Below are positions 17,943 through 27,229 of a stretch of DNA of 64,000 nt, piece by piece. This DNA comes from an uncultured virus (IMG/VR IMGVR_UViG_3300035696_000009). Lineage: Duplodnaviria > Heunggongvirae > Uroviricota > Caudoviricetes. The stretch lies in IMG/VR virus record IMGVR_UViG_3300035696_000009; one strand, written 5' to 3'. The notes beneath the pieces were generated by a model that saw nothing but the letters and a program-made list of their open reading frames with translations, had not been told where the DNA came from and did not search any database. The position numbers were made by a program, and so were the translations under genes. How positions within the stretch are numbered: the stretch's first letter is position 1; each line of letters opens with the position of its first letter.

Positions 17943-20663
17943 ATGTACGAATTCGCAGGCGCCGGTCCTTGCCCCTTCCCGGGTCAGCTCCAATATCGCG
18001 TCGTCAACCCGCGCGGCGCAGGCGTGTACTTCGACAAGAGCTTCTCGAGCCCCGTCGGGCCGGCGCTCCGGCCCGGGTCGATCGTCTGCGGCACGCCGCG
18101 GACGGATCCCTCGGGCATGTCGTCCTACGTCGTCGAGCTTGCGAACGGCTACGCCAGCGCGCTCGACTTCGAGCAGCTCACGTCGGCCACGCCCGGCCCG
18201 GTGCTCGCGACGGGCTACTACGAGTACGTGGGAGACGAGTACGTGGGAGACGAGTACGCCGGCGACGGCGCGCCGCCGATCGTGCCGCCGACCTCGCCGA
18301 CCGTGGATTGCCCGCCCGGGATGCAGTGGGACGCGGCGCGCGGCTACTGCCTGCCGACGGCCACGCAGCCGCTCCCGCCGGCCGTCCACCACGCCGGCTA
18401 CCACGATGAGTTCGCTGGAGCAGGCCCCTGCCCGTTCCCGGGACAGCTCCAGTACCGCGTCGTGAACCCGCGCGGCGCGGGCGTCTTCTTCGACAAGTCC
18501 TTCTCGAGCCCGGTTGGGCCAGCGCTCCGGCCCGGCTCGATCGTGTGCGGCACGCCGCGCACGGACCCGTCGGGCATGTCGTCGTACGTCGTCGAGCTTG
18601 GCAACGGTTACGCGAACGCGCTCGACTTCGAGCAGCTCACGTCCGCCGCGCCGAGCCCGGTGCTCGCGTCCGGTGGGTACTACGCGGGTGACGGCGTCTC
18701 GTCGCTCGGCCCGCGCATCATGCCGGCGACGGGCTGCCCGGTCGGAACCTACTGGGATGACTTTCACGGCAAATGCACGCCCGTCATCCCGCCGCCCCCG
18801 CAGCCGGTGCCGCTCACGAGCGGCTACTACGCAGGAGTCGCGCAGCCCCAGATGCCGTGCGGCCCAGGCGAGTACCGCGACCCGCACACGAACACGTGCG
18901 TGCCGACGATCCCGATGCCGCCGCCGCAGGCGCCGACTTTCACGGGCCAGGGCGGCGACATCCCGCCGGACCTCTACGGCGCCGACGCGATCAAGAAGGG
19001 CTGCATGCCGGGCACCTACTGGGACGGCTGGTACCAGAAGTGCGTCGCGCTCGGCCGGCCAATCGCGCCGCCGCCGGACCCGTTCCCGCCGACGATCGAG
19101 GAGTGGCGCAAGCTCCACCGCACCGGCCATTACGTCGGGGACGCGCGCGACGTCGGGATGACGCTCGCCGACATCTTTTCCCTCGGAGCCACGGCGCCGG
19201 CGCACGCCGCGATGGAGGCAGCGAAGCACTTCGACGAGCACCACGGCGAGCACTGGCACGAGCACCACGAGCACCACGATCCGCATTGTCATTTCGTCGG
19301 CGCGGCGGAGTTCGTCGGGGCGGCCGTGAACGAGGGCGTCGCCGCGGCCAACAACGCAGCGCTGCAGGCTCAGTCGGCACAGCTCGCGGCCACGCACCCC
19401 GACGCGAAGGGGACGACGGCGGCCGACTCCGCGCAGGCGGCGACGGATCACGCCGAGCAGGCAGCGTCTCACGCGCAGGCGGCGATGACCCACCCGTCCC
19501 CGCAGGGCGCGGTGGCGCACGCCCAGAAGGCTGGCGCCCACGCCCAGCAGGCGGCGCTCCACGCCGCGAAGACGCACGCGGCGTGCGGGAACTTCGAGGC
19601 CGTCGGGTCTTACTACGTCGGGGCCGCGGCCGGGGCGCAGCCGCCCCAGCACAAGGCCGCCGCGCACGCCGAGAACGCGACCAAGCAAGCCGCCTCCGCG
19701 CACGCGGCGGCGCAGCACCCGGCGGCGCAGAAGACACCCGCCGCCCATGAGGCTGCGCACGCAGCGACAGCGCACGCGGCGCTCGCCCAGAAACACGCGC
19801 AGGCGACGCGCTCGCAACCGACAGCTCGCGCCGCGGAGCACCATGCCCGAGCAGCCGAGAGGCACACCCAGGCAGCGGCGGCGCACGCGATGCGCGCGCA
19901 CGGGGAGGCGAGGCGCGGGCTCGGTCGTGGTCGCGAGGGTTTCGGCCGCGGGCACGAGGGTTTCGGCCGCGGTCGCGGCTTCGGGCGTGGGTTCGGTCGC
20001 GCGCGCGGGTTCCGCGACGCCTACGGCCGTTTCCACGGTCGTCGCTTCCACGGAGAGTGGCGCGGGTTCGGCCACCCGGGCTGGCGCCACGGGATCGCCG
20101 AGCGCTGGCGCCGCCACCGCGCGGAGTGCTTCCAGTGGGGCGAGTGGGCATGCCTCACGGAGCGGATCTTCGATCCCATGGGGAACATCGCCTACCGCGT
20201 GACGCCGGCGGGCGAGATGGAGGGCATCGAGCTTTCCCCCGAGCAGCAGCAGGCGAACGTCATCTACGTGCAGGCGACGGGCGAGCAGCCGCCGTCGAAC
20301 GACGACGGGCCGCTCCCGGGGAGCGACCAGTCCTCGAGCGGGGCTGGCGCGCCCGCCGACGAGGACACCGACGCAGGGACGGCGGATCAGGACGCATCGG
20401 CGGCTCAGGACACCGGCGTGGACCAAGCGGCGGACCAGGCTGACCAAGCCACGGCCGACGCGAACCAAGCGACGGCCGACGCCGTGGCCACGACGAACGG
20501 GGACAGCGGGGACACGATCACGCAGGGCGACTTCACCGGCTGGCAGATGCAGTTCACGGACCCGTACGGGTACTTCAACATGGCGACGGTCCCGGCGTGG
20601 GACTCGGCGTACGCGTACATGCCGGCGGACTACCCGCCGTGGTACCCCATGAACTGGTGGTGA
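17943..20663 (+). CDS. 906-aa modular, polyprotein-like protein
   Basis: AAGGAG RBS, start MYEFAG; duplicated ~88-aa domain, Cys-Pro-x-Gly minirepeats, His/Ala-, GR- and Asp-rich blocks. Confidence 0.85.
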   Translation: MYEFAGAGPCPFPGQLQYRVVNPRGAGVYFDKSFSSPVGPALRPGSIVCGTPRTDPSGMSSYVVELANGYASALDFEQLTSATPGPVLATGYYEYVGDEYVGDEYAGDGAPPIVPPTSPTVDCPPGMQWDAARGYCLPTATQPLPPAVHHAGYHDEFAGAGPCPFPGQLQYRVVNPRGAGVFFDKSFSSPVGPALRPGSIVCGTPRTDPSGMSSYVVELGNGYANALDFEQLTSAAPSPVLASGGYYAGDGVSSLGPRIMPATGCPVGTYWDDFHGKCTPVIPPPPQPVPLTSGYYAGVAQPQMPCGPGEYRDPHTNTCVPTIPMPPPQAPTFTGQGGDIPPDLYGADAIKKGCMPGTYWDGWYQKCVALGRPIAPPPDPFPPTIEEWRKLHRTGHYVGDARDVGMTLADIFSLGATAPAHAAMEAAKHFDEHHGEHWHEHHEHHDPHCHFVGAAEFVGAAVNEGVAAANNAALQAQSAQLAATHPDAKGTTAADSAQAATDHAEQAASHAQAAMTHPSPQGAVAHAQKAGAHAQQAALHAAKTHAACGNFEAVGSYYVGAAAGAQPPQHKAAAHAENATKQAASAHAAAQHPAAQKTPAAHEAAHAATAHAALAQKHAQATRSQPTARAAEHHARAAERHTQAAAAHAMRAHGEARRGLGRGREGFGRGHEGFGRGRGFGRGFGRARGFRDAYGRFHGRRFHGEWRGFGHPGWRHGIAERWRRHRAECFQWGEWACLTERIFDPMGNIAYRVTPAGEMEGIELSPEQQQANVIYVQATGEQPPSNDDGPLPGSDQSSSGAGAPADEDTDAGTADQDASAAQDTGVDQAADQADQATADANQATADAVATTNGDSGDTITQGDFTGWQMQFTDPYGYFNMATVPAWDSAYAYMPADYPPWYPMNWW
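17949..18670 (+). repeat. intragenic duplication of an SH3-like ~88-aa domain
   Basis: EFAGAGPCPFPGQLQYRVVNPRGAGV...PVLA at ~17949 and ~18408. Confidence 0.9.
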
Positions 20664-20728
20664 CCGTTTCATCATAATTGAGAATTCAATCGCATCAACC
20701 TCACAACCAACAACCAAGGAGAAGCAAC

Positions 20729-20836
20729 ATGGCACGTTACGTTTTCACCAAGGCCCGCCGCGCGGCGCTGAAGAAGGCCCAGAGGGCGTCCGCCCGCAAG
20801 CGCCACCGCCACGCGCATCACCGCCGTCATCGCTAA
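20729..20836 (+). CDS. 35-aa protamine-like basic microprotein, not in the ORF track
   Basis: AAGGAG RBS; MARYVFTKARRAALKKAQRASARKRHRHAHHRRHR. Confidence 0.75.
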   Translation: MARYVFTKARRAALKKAQRASARKRHRHAHHRRHR

Positions 20837-20901
20837 CGGCACGACGGCGGCACTAGCGTCGCTTGGAGGAGTGGCGCTAGTGCCCCGTCACGGCGGTGCC
20901 G
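20837..20901 (+). other. long stem-loop after the microprotein gene
   Basis: GACGG-C-GGCACTAGCG...CGCTAGTGCC-CCGTC with outer CGGCAC/GTGCCG; no U-tract. Confidence 0.6.
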
Positions 20902-20953
20902 CGGCGCCGCCCCGAACCAAGAACCAGAAACCTAGAACCAGGGAACGAAGAAC

Positions 20954-21760
20954 ATGCCCGCAGATCCCCTCGCACTCGTGCCGGCGCCGGCCGCGGCGGA
21001 CTACGACCCGCGCGTGCGCAACCACCAGGAGAAGTTCGCCCAGGCGAACGGTTTTGGTCTGCCGGAGAGCTTCGAGCGCGCTCCCGCGATGTACGACGTC
21101 TCGACGGGCTGCTACGTGGACGAGCTGGTCGGGGCCCCGCGCCACATGGCGCCCCGCGGCGGCAGGCGAGGCGGTGGGTTCCGCGGTCGCCGCGGCTTCC
21201 CGCAGGCGCCCGGTTACGGCGACCAAGGACCGCCGCCCGACATGGGCGGACCGCTCGACATGGGCCCGCCGCAGCCTGACCCCGCGATGCTGATGCTCCA
21301 GCAGCAGCTCCTCGCGCAGCAGCAGCTCGCGCAACCACAAATTCAGATCGTGCAGCAACCACAAGTGCAGGACGCCGGCGACGCCGGCGACGGAGACGCG
21401 ATGACGCAAGGATTCTTCACGGGACGTGGCGGCGGAGGTGGCGGGGGCCATGGCGGCGGGGGTGGTCACGGCGGCTTCGGAGGAGGCCATGGCTTCGGAG
21501 GAGGCCACGGTTTCGGAGGAGGCCACGGGTTTGGCCGCGGTCGTGGCTTCGGCGGCTGGGGTGGCTGGGGCGGAGGCTGGGGTTGGGGCGGATGGCCCTG
21601 GTACGGCTGGTATGACTGGCCTTACGGTTGGGGTTGGGACGGCAACTACCCGGGATGGTGGGGATATCCAGGCGTCTGGGGGACGGGACCTTGGGGTTGG
21701 GATTACCCCTTCAACCCGGCGTTCGGCTACGACGCGCTCCCGCCTTGGGTCGTTTACTGA
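20954..21760 (+). CDS. low-complexity protein (Q-rich, GGHGF repeats, GW-rich tail)
   Basis: 268-aa ORF with TQGFFTG before the Gly/Trp block. Confidence 0.8.
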   Translation: MPADPLALVPAPAAADYDPRVRNHQEKFAQANGFGLPESFERAPAMYDVSTGCYVDELVGAPRHMAPRGGRRGGGFRGRRGFPQAPGYGDQGPPPDMGGPLDMGPPQPDPAMLMLQQQLLAQQQLAQPQIQIVQQPQVQDAGDAGDGDAMTQGFFTGRGGGGGGGHGGGGGHGGFGGGHGFGGGHGFGGGHGFGRGRGFGGWGGWGGGWGWGGWPWYGWYDWPYGWGWDGNYPGWWGYPGVWGTGPWGWDYPFNPAFGYDALPPWVVY

Positions 21761-21776
21761 TCCCGAAGCAGGTCCC

Positions 21777-22151
21777 ATGACCATCTCCGAAAAACTCGAG
21801 CGCATGGCTCGCGACGTCACGAGCGGGCCCGGCCTCGTCCCGATGCTCGAGATCGCGGTCGTGGGCGCGGTTGTGGGCGGCGCGGTCGGGTACGCGAAGG
21901 AGCGCGACAAGAGCGGCGCGAAGACGGGCGCGCTCTGGGGCCTGGGCCTCGGCGTCGCCGGTCAATACTTGCTCTTCCAGATGCTGAGACCGGTGCGGAG
22001 CGCCGCCGCAGCTCCGAGGGCGATGCCGCCGCGCCCGGCGGCGCCGCACCTAAGACCGCGTTTCGCGGCGCACGGCGACATGGCTGGGTGGGGGCACGGC
22101 GAGATGATGGGCGCGGTCCCCTGGCCGCACTATTGGGCTTGGTGGGAGTGA
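21777..22151 (+). CDS. small membrane protein with W-rich tail
   Basis: Two GxxxG TM segments; HGDMAGWGHGEM...YWAWWE. Confidence 0.8.
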   Translation: MTISEKLERMARDVTSGPGLVPMLEIAVVGAVVGGAVGYAKERDKSGAKTGALWGLGLGVAGQYLLFQMLRPVRSAAAAPRAMPPRPAAPHLRPRFAAHGDMAGWGHGEMMGAVPWPHYWAWWE

Positions 22152-22167
22152 CGAGGAGAACGAAGAC

Positions 22168-22728
22168 ATGGCATCCGAACTCAAATTTGGTTCTCCCGAG
22201 TGGCGCGTGAAGTACATGAAGACGAAAGCGCGCCGGTCGACGCCGATTCTGCCGAAGGGGGCGACGGAGCACCGGGCATCGCTCCACGCGCGGGACCTTC
22301 ACCGGGAAGCGCAGGGCCCCGGAGACGCGGAGCCGTTCTTGGGCGGGATCGGGCGCAGGCTCGGTAACCTCAAAACTTGGCAAATCGCGCTCCTCGCCGC
22401 TGGCGGCGCGCTCGGTCTCCAGCACCTCCTCGCGCCGAAGGGCACGTCCATCGTGTCGAAGATCCTCGGCGGCAGCGCGGGCGGCCACCGCGTCGGAGCC
22501 GTGAACCGCGGCGGCTTCAAGGGCGGGGCAGGCATGCCCTTCGGTCCTGGCCCGTGGCCGACTCAGAACGCCGCGGCGCCGGCCGAGAACGGCCAGGGCG
22601 CGAGCCGCCCGACCATCATGACGAATGAGAACGGCGAGCTTCAGATGACCGGCTGGGGCCACGGCGAGATGCCGGTGCCCTACGGCCGCGAGCACTACGG
22701 CTACTCCTACACGCCCTGGTGGGTCTGA
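22168..22728 (+). CDS. membrane protein, paralog of 24664
   Basis: FLGGIGRR..L.TWQ...HLLAPKG; MTGWGHGEM...PWWV. Confidence 0.8.
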   Translation: MASELKFGSPEWRVKYMKTKARRSTPILPKGATEHRASLHARDLHREAQGPGDAEPFLGGIGRRLGNLKTWQIALLAAGGALGLQHLLAPKGTSIVSKILGGSAGGHRVGAVNRGGFKGGAGMPFGPGPWPTQNAAAPAENGQGASRPTIMTNENGELQMTGWGHGEMPVPYGREHYGYSYTPWWV

Positions 22729-23486
22729 TGGCTGACTTCTCCGAGGAGATCGCCAGGAAGATCGCTGCCAAGAAGGCCAGCCTCTACTGGCCGGAGGGCG
22801 AGCCCGGCGACAAGCGCCGCGGCAAGCGCGGGGCCGGGGGCGAGAAGCCGCCGCGCGACCCGAAGGCCAAGCGCAAGGAGAAGACCGAGGAGGAGACGGG
22901 CACGTTCGAGCCCATCTCGGAGTTCGTCAAGAAGGAGCGGACCCGCCGGCTCGAGCGGGCCCTCAAGGCCATGGAGACGCGACGGCAAATCCCGAAGGAA
23001 GTGCCGTTCAAGAAGTGGCTCTCGGAGCCCGGCAACCTCGACCGCGCGCTCAAGCGCGGCATGGTGAAGATGATCGCGAGCCAGGCTAACCCGAAGTCGA
23101 AGGACACCGAGGACGTCGCGACGGTCGGCGGGCGCCGCTACGCGAAGACGGACCTCTACCAGGCCCCGATCCGCGAGAGGGTCAAAGAGGCCACGACGAG
23201 GACGAAGTACGAGACCGCGCTCTGGTGGGACTCGAACAAGCGCGTCGTCGTCGTCGCGGCCGTCTCGCTCGTCGCGGGCTGGATGATCTACAGCGTGTGG
23301 AAGAACGCGCAGCTCGAGAAGGACCTCGCGCGCCAGCGCGCCCGCCGGCACGCCGCGCACAAGACCGGCTGGTTCGTGGACCCCCACTTCGACGAGCGCT
23401 CGCGCCTGCTCGCCGGGGGCCGCGAGCCCCACGCGTGGGAGTTCGAGGAGTTCGCCGCGAGGCCCTCGGGGTACTCGTGGTGGTGA
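22728..23486 (+). CDS. basic protein with C-terminal TM
   Basis: MADFSEE; TM; HKTGWF...YSWW. Confidence 0.8.
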   Translation: MADFSEEIARKIAAKKASLYWPEGEPGDKRRGKRGAGGEKPPRDPKAKRKEKTEEETGTFEPISEFVKKERTRRLERALKAMETRRQIPKEVPFKKWLSEPGNLDRALKRGMVKMIASQANPKSKDTEDVATVGGRRYAKTDLYQAPIRERVKEATTRTKYETALWWDSNKRVVVVAAVSLVAGWMIYSVWKNAQLEKDLARQRARRHAAHKTGWFVDPHFDERSRLLAGGREPHAWEFEEFAARPSGYSWW

Positions 23487-23503
23487 GCGATCGAGGAGAA
23501 CAC

Positions 23504-23932
23504 ATGAGACAATCAGACGTCGATTACATCCGCGGGCCCGCTCAAGAAGAGGAGGAAGCGCTGGCCGCTATCCACAAGCTCGCTGGGATGAAGCCCAATT
23601 ATCTCGAAGGCGCGATCCAGGGCGCGACGCTCGCGTGGATCTTCGGCTTCCTCGCGAACAAGCCCGCGAAGGGCAACCGCCTGAAGTACGGCGCCTGGGG
23701 CGCCGGCCTCTACATGCTCGCGCAGTTCGGGTGGCACAAATTCGTCGGTGGAACGGACGTGTGGATGCACGAGTACGCGAGCACGCACCCGCTCCGCGCC
23801 CCCCGATCACCCGTCGTGACTTCTGGCTATTTTGCCGGGTCGCCGCGACCCCTCTATCATGCTGTCGGGGCCCCGCCCTCGAGCGACTACTCGTTCACGC
23901 GCCGCCCGGGCTTCAACAGCAAAGACTACTGA
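23504..23932 (+). CDS. small membrane protein
   Basis: GAGGAG RBS; 2 TM; VTSGYFAG. Confidence 0.8.
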   Translation: MRQSDVDYIRGPAQEEEEALAAIHKLAGMKPNYLEGAIQGATLAWIFGFLANKPAKGNRLKYGAWGAGLYMLAQFGWHKFVGGTDVWMHEYASTHPLRAPRSPVVTSGYFAGSPRPLYHAVGAPPSSDYSFTRRPGFNSKDY

Positions 23933-23956
23933 GCAGCAACGATCGGGAGAACAGCC

Positions 23957-24331
23957 ATGTCGATGTCGAAAAAGACCACGAACTTCGCGCTCGTCGCGGG
24001 CGGCGTCGCGCTCTGGTGGGTCGGCGCCAAGACGTTCGCCGACTACCACGAGGCAGTCGCGACCGGCAAGCACGACACCTTCCAGCAGCGGCACGCGACC
24101 GCCATCGGCACCACGATGACGCTCGGCGGACTCGCCCTCGCGGTGTACGGCGCCTACCGGGTCAACAAGACCTTCGGAACGGGCCTCGGCGCGATCCTCG
24201 GCGCGGTCATCGCGTACAACGTCGTCAAGCACAAGAAGGGCGAGCCGCTCATCTCGCTCTCGCCGTTTTCGCCGAAGTTCCAGGTCTTCGCCGGCTACGG
24301 CATGCCGGGTTACGTGGAGCCGCTCCAATGA
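23957..24331 (+). CDS. small membrane protein (3 TM)
   Basis: Hydrophobic Gly-rich helices; VFAGYG. Confidence 0.8.
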   Translation: MSMSKKTTNFALVAGGVALWWVGAKTFADYHEAVATGKHDTFQQRHATAIGTTMTLGGLALAVYGAYRVNKTFGTGLGAILGAVIAYNVVKHKKGEPLISLSPFSPKFQVFAGYGMPGYVEPLQ

Positions 24332-24609
24332 GAATGACGACGCCCCTCCTCGGCGCCGCGATCGGCGGCGGCATCGGCCTGCTCAAGCGCGACCCAGCGA
24401 AGTACGCGCTCTGGGGCGCGGGCATCGGTTTCCTAGTCACGCTCGTCGGCGGGGCGGCGGTCTCGGTGGGCGGCATCTCCGTCCGCGTCGGGGCCGACGA
24501 CGACGGGCCGCCGGAAGGGATGTTCCGGACGTGGACCGGCACGCAACCGGTCGTCGTGGAGGGGCAGACGGGTCCCGCCATCGTGGGCACCCCATACTCT
24601 TGGTACTGA
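24328..24609 (+). CDS. small membrane protein
   Basis: 2 TM; GQTGPAIVGTPYSWY. Confidence 0.75.
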   Translation: MRMTTPLLGAAIGGGIGLLKRDPAKYALWGAGIGFLVTLVGGAAVSVGGISVRVGADDDGPPEGMFRTWTGTQPVVVEGQTGPAIVGTPYSWY

Positions 24610-24663
24610 TCTCGGGCAAAAACGAAGACTGCAAACCGCAGCACTCACAAGGAAGAAAACATC

Positions 24664-25158
24664 ATGGCAATGGATGATCTCGGACACGAAACGGTCGGAT
24701 CGCGCGAGTCGTTCGCCGCTCGCATGGCCCGCCTCCGCGCGCTCAAGAGCGGCGGCAACGGCAAGGGCTTCCTCGGCGGCATCGAGCGGCGCATCCGCGG
24801 GCTCGAGACATGGCAACTCGTGCTCGGCGGCGCCGTCGTCGTGCTCGTGGGCGACCACCTGATCGCCCCGAAGGGCATGTCCTTCGCCTCGAAGATGATG
24901 GACAAGCTCGGGGTCGGTAAAGCCCCGGCGCTCCCGCCGCCCCCGCCGCCGCCGGCGCTCTCGCCCGCGGCGATCGCGGCGAAGGGCGACTACGCAGGAG
25001 CGAACCTCCAGGCGGGCTGGAACCGCGGCATGAGCCCGTACGGGCCGTGGGCGGTCGCGAACCCGATGGTCCAGTACGCGCACGCCGCGCAGCGCCAGCA
25101 CCAGTGGGCGACGAGCGAGCCGTGGGCGTTCGCGGCGGAGTACCCCTGGTCGTACTGA
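24664..25158 (+). CDS. membrane protein, paralog of 22168
   Basis: FLGGIERR..LETWQ...HLIAPKG; KGDYAG...YPWSY. Confidence 0.8.
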   Translation: MAMDDLGHETVGSRESFAARMARLRALKSGGNGKGFLGGIERRIRGLETWQLVLGGAVVVLVGDHLIAPKGMSFASKMMDKLGVGKAPALPPPPPPPALSPAAIAAKGDYAGANLQAGWNRGMSPYGPWAVANPMVQYAHAAQRQHQWATSEPWAFAAEYPWSY

Positions 25159-25171
25159 GGAGGACGCGGCC

Positions 25172-25471
25172 ATGACGCGCACCGAACTCAGCGACCTCGA
25201 CAGACGCCTCGCCCAAGGGCCCCAGCTCGTCACGAGCGCGGTCCTCGGGGCGGGCGTCGGCGCGGTGATCGGCTGGCTCAGCGGGCGCGGCATAGCCGCG
25301 TCAGCGGGGCAAGGGGTCGTGGGCGGCGTGGTCGTGGGGCTCCTCGTCTACGGGGCCGGGCAATGGCAATCCTCAGAATCCCACAAACGCAGCGAGGGTC
25401 ACCTCGCGGGGTTCCTCGCGCCCTTCCCGCTCCACTCGCGCTCCGTCACCTACCCCTGGTCCGCGCACTGA
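25172..25471 (+). CDS. small membrane protein
   Basis: Two GxxxG helices; EGHLAGF...YPWSAH. Confidence 0.8.
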   Translation: MTRTELSDLDRRLAQGPQLVTSAVLGAGVGAVIGWLSGRGIAASAGQGVVGGVVVGLLVYGAGQWQSSESHKRSEGHLAGFLAPFPLHSRSVTYPWSAH

Positions 25472-25485
25472 GAGACAACTAGGAC

Positions 25486-25860
25486 ATGTCCATCGTCGAC
25501 AAGATGAAGAAGCACCCCGCCCTGAGCGCCGTCGGGCTCGGCGGGGGCGCGCTCGCGATCGACTACCTCGTGCGAGGCGACCGATCGCTCGCGTCGTCGT
25601 TCCTCCGGAGCCTCGCCGGCGGCGGGACAGCGCCTTCCCGAGAGGCGCCGCAGCGGGCGGCGAGGCCGACGCGCGGAGTCGTTCCAGGAGCCACGTTGTT
25701 GCCCGCGATGATGGGGTACTCGCGCCGGTTCTACTACCCGGCGTACCCGCCCTCCTACTACTGGGGTCGTTGGGGAGCGCACCCGCACGAGCATTGGTTC
25801 GGCCATGGCCACGAGCACGGTCGCGGGTTCGGGCATGGTTTTCACCACGGGAGGTTCTGA
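25486..25860 (+). CDS. small membrane protein with Y/W/H-rich tail
   Basis: N-terminal TM; MMGY then aromatic tail. Confidence 0.75.
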   Translation: MSIVDKMKKHPALSAVGLGGGALAIDYLVRGDRSLASSFLRSLAGGGTAPSREAPQRAARPTRGVVPGATLLPAMMGYSRRFYYPAYPPSYYWGRWGAHPHEHWFGHGHEHGRGFGHGFHHGRF

Positions 25861-26051
25861 TGCCGGACGACGACGAGAGCACCAGCGCAGCGCCGCTCGT
25901 GCTGGCCATCCTTGTGGTTGGCGCCGGGATCGTGCTCATGAACCACGCCGCGTCGAGGCCAGGCGAGTCGTGGCTCGCGCAGGCAAGACGGAAGTTCGGC
26001 CCAGGTTTCAAGGTGAGCGGTCATGAACGCATGGACGGAGAACGCCGATGA
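25860..26051 (+). CDS. 63-aa membrane protein, copy of the 26048 N-terminus
   Basis: TM + NH..S.PGESW shared with the next gene. Confidence 0.7.
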   Translation: MPDDDESTSAAPLVLAILVVGAGIVLMNHAASRPGESWLAQARRKFGPGFKVSGHERMDGERR

Positions 26052-27223
26052 GTGACAACGCAGGCCCCGCGGCGGTCGCACTCGGCATCGTCGCCACGGG
26101 CGTCGGGATCGTGGCGGTCAACCACATGATCTCGAAGCCGGGCGAGTCGTGGTACGACCGCATCAAGCACAAGCTCACGTCGAGGGGAGACGAGGAGGCG
26201 CCGGCGCTCCCCGAAAGGACGACGCCGGAGGCGCACGAGGACAGGCGGGCCGCGCCGCCCGCGCGCCGCGTCCCGCAGCCTCCCCCGACGCTCGGCCCGA
26301 GGAGGCCCACGCAGGTGCCAAGCATGACCGCGCAGATCCCGCGTCGCCCGATCCTGCCCCGCGGCGGCCCTGTCGCGCCGCCGCTCACCGTGACGCCGGA
26401 GATGGTGCGCGAGGCCGCGCGGCAGATCAACGCAGTGTTCGGTACCAGTCTCCGCGCCGACGGGATCATCAGCCCGGAGATGCAGCAGATCGTTAAACAG
26501 GTGCAGCAGCAGGCCGGCCTCCCGGCGACGGGCTACCCGGACGCGCGGCTCATCTCCGCGCTGGGGACGCTCTTCGCGCGCGCCGGGCGCGCGCACCCCG
26601 GCGGGCAGACGAAGCCCGCCGCGAAGCCGACTGTCATCGCCGACGCCGCGAACATGATCTCGAAGACGTTCGGAGGTCCAGCGTCGACCGCGTCGACGGG
26701 CCCCGACGAGGGCGTGAAGAAGGCGCAGCAGCTCCTCAACGCGTACTTCAAGGGCCACATCCTCGACGAGGACGGGATCATGGGTCCGAAGACCATCGGC
26801 GCCATCACGGAATTCCAGCAGGCGCTCGGCCTGCCCACGACCGGCAAGATGGACGACAAGACGCACGACATGCTCGTCCGGCTGACGAGCGAGAGCGGTT
26901 CCCTGCTCCACGACATCGGGTCATGGTTTGGCCACGCCGGCGACCACGCGACGGGGGCAGGCTCCCCCGGCTGGGCGACCGAGACGATCAAGCTCGGGCA
27001 GGCCGCGCAGGCGGTGATCGACAGGGCGATCTCGGAGAACGACCCGAGGACGCTCACGGGCCTCTCGAGGGCCCTCAAGGCTGCCGGGTTCCCGCAGGCC
27101 GCGGCGGCGACAGCCCCGAAGAGCGGCGCGACCGCGACGACGGGCGGTCCCGGGTATTTCCCCGACCCGTTCTTCGGTTGGTACGGCTCGTGGGCGGACC
27201 CCTACACGTTCGGTCCCTGGTGA
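26048..27223 (+). CDS. TM-anchored protein with two peptidoglycan-binding domains
   Basis: ADGIISPE..VQQQAGLPATG and EDGIMGPKT..FQQALGLPTTG. Confidence 0.85.
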   Translation: MSDNAGPAAVALGIVATGVGIVAVNHMISKPGESWYDRIKHKLTSRGDEEAPALPERTTPEAHEDRRAAPPARRVPQPPPTLGPRRPTQVPSMTAQIPRRPILPRGGPVAPPLTVTPEMVREAARQINAVFGTSLRADGIISPEMQQIVKQVQQQAGLPATGYPDARLISALGTLFARAGRAHPGGQTKPAAKPTVIADAANMISKTFGGPASTASTGPDEGVKKAQQLLNAYFKGHILDEDGIMGPKTIGAITEFQQALGLPTTGKMDDKTHDMLVRLTSESGSLLHDIGSWFGHAGDHATGAGSPGWATETIKLGQAAQAVIDRAISENDPRTLTGLSRALKAAGFPQAAAATAPKSGATATTGGPGYFPDPFFGWYGSWADPYTFGPW

Positions 27224-27229
27224 TCGAGC

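Noticed and set aside
17211..20663. 1150-aa version of the modular protein
   Set aside because: The upstream part overlaps two real genes in other frames; the RBS supports 17943
20954..27223. RiPP/bacteriocin precursor cluster (Gly cleavage plus W-rich cores)
   Set aside because: No modifying enzymes or peptidase-ABC exporter nearby; the context is virion-like
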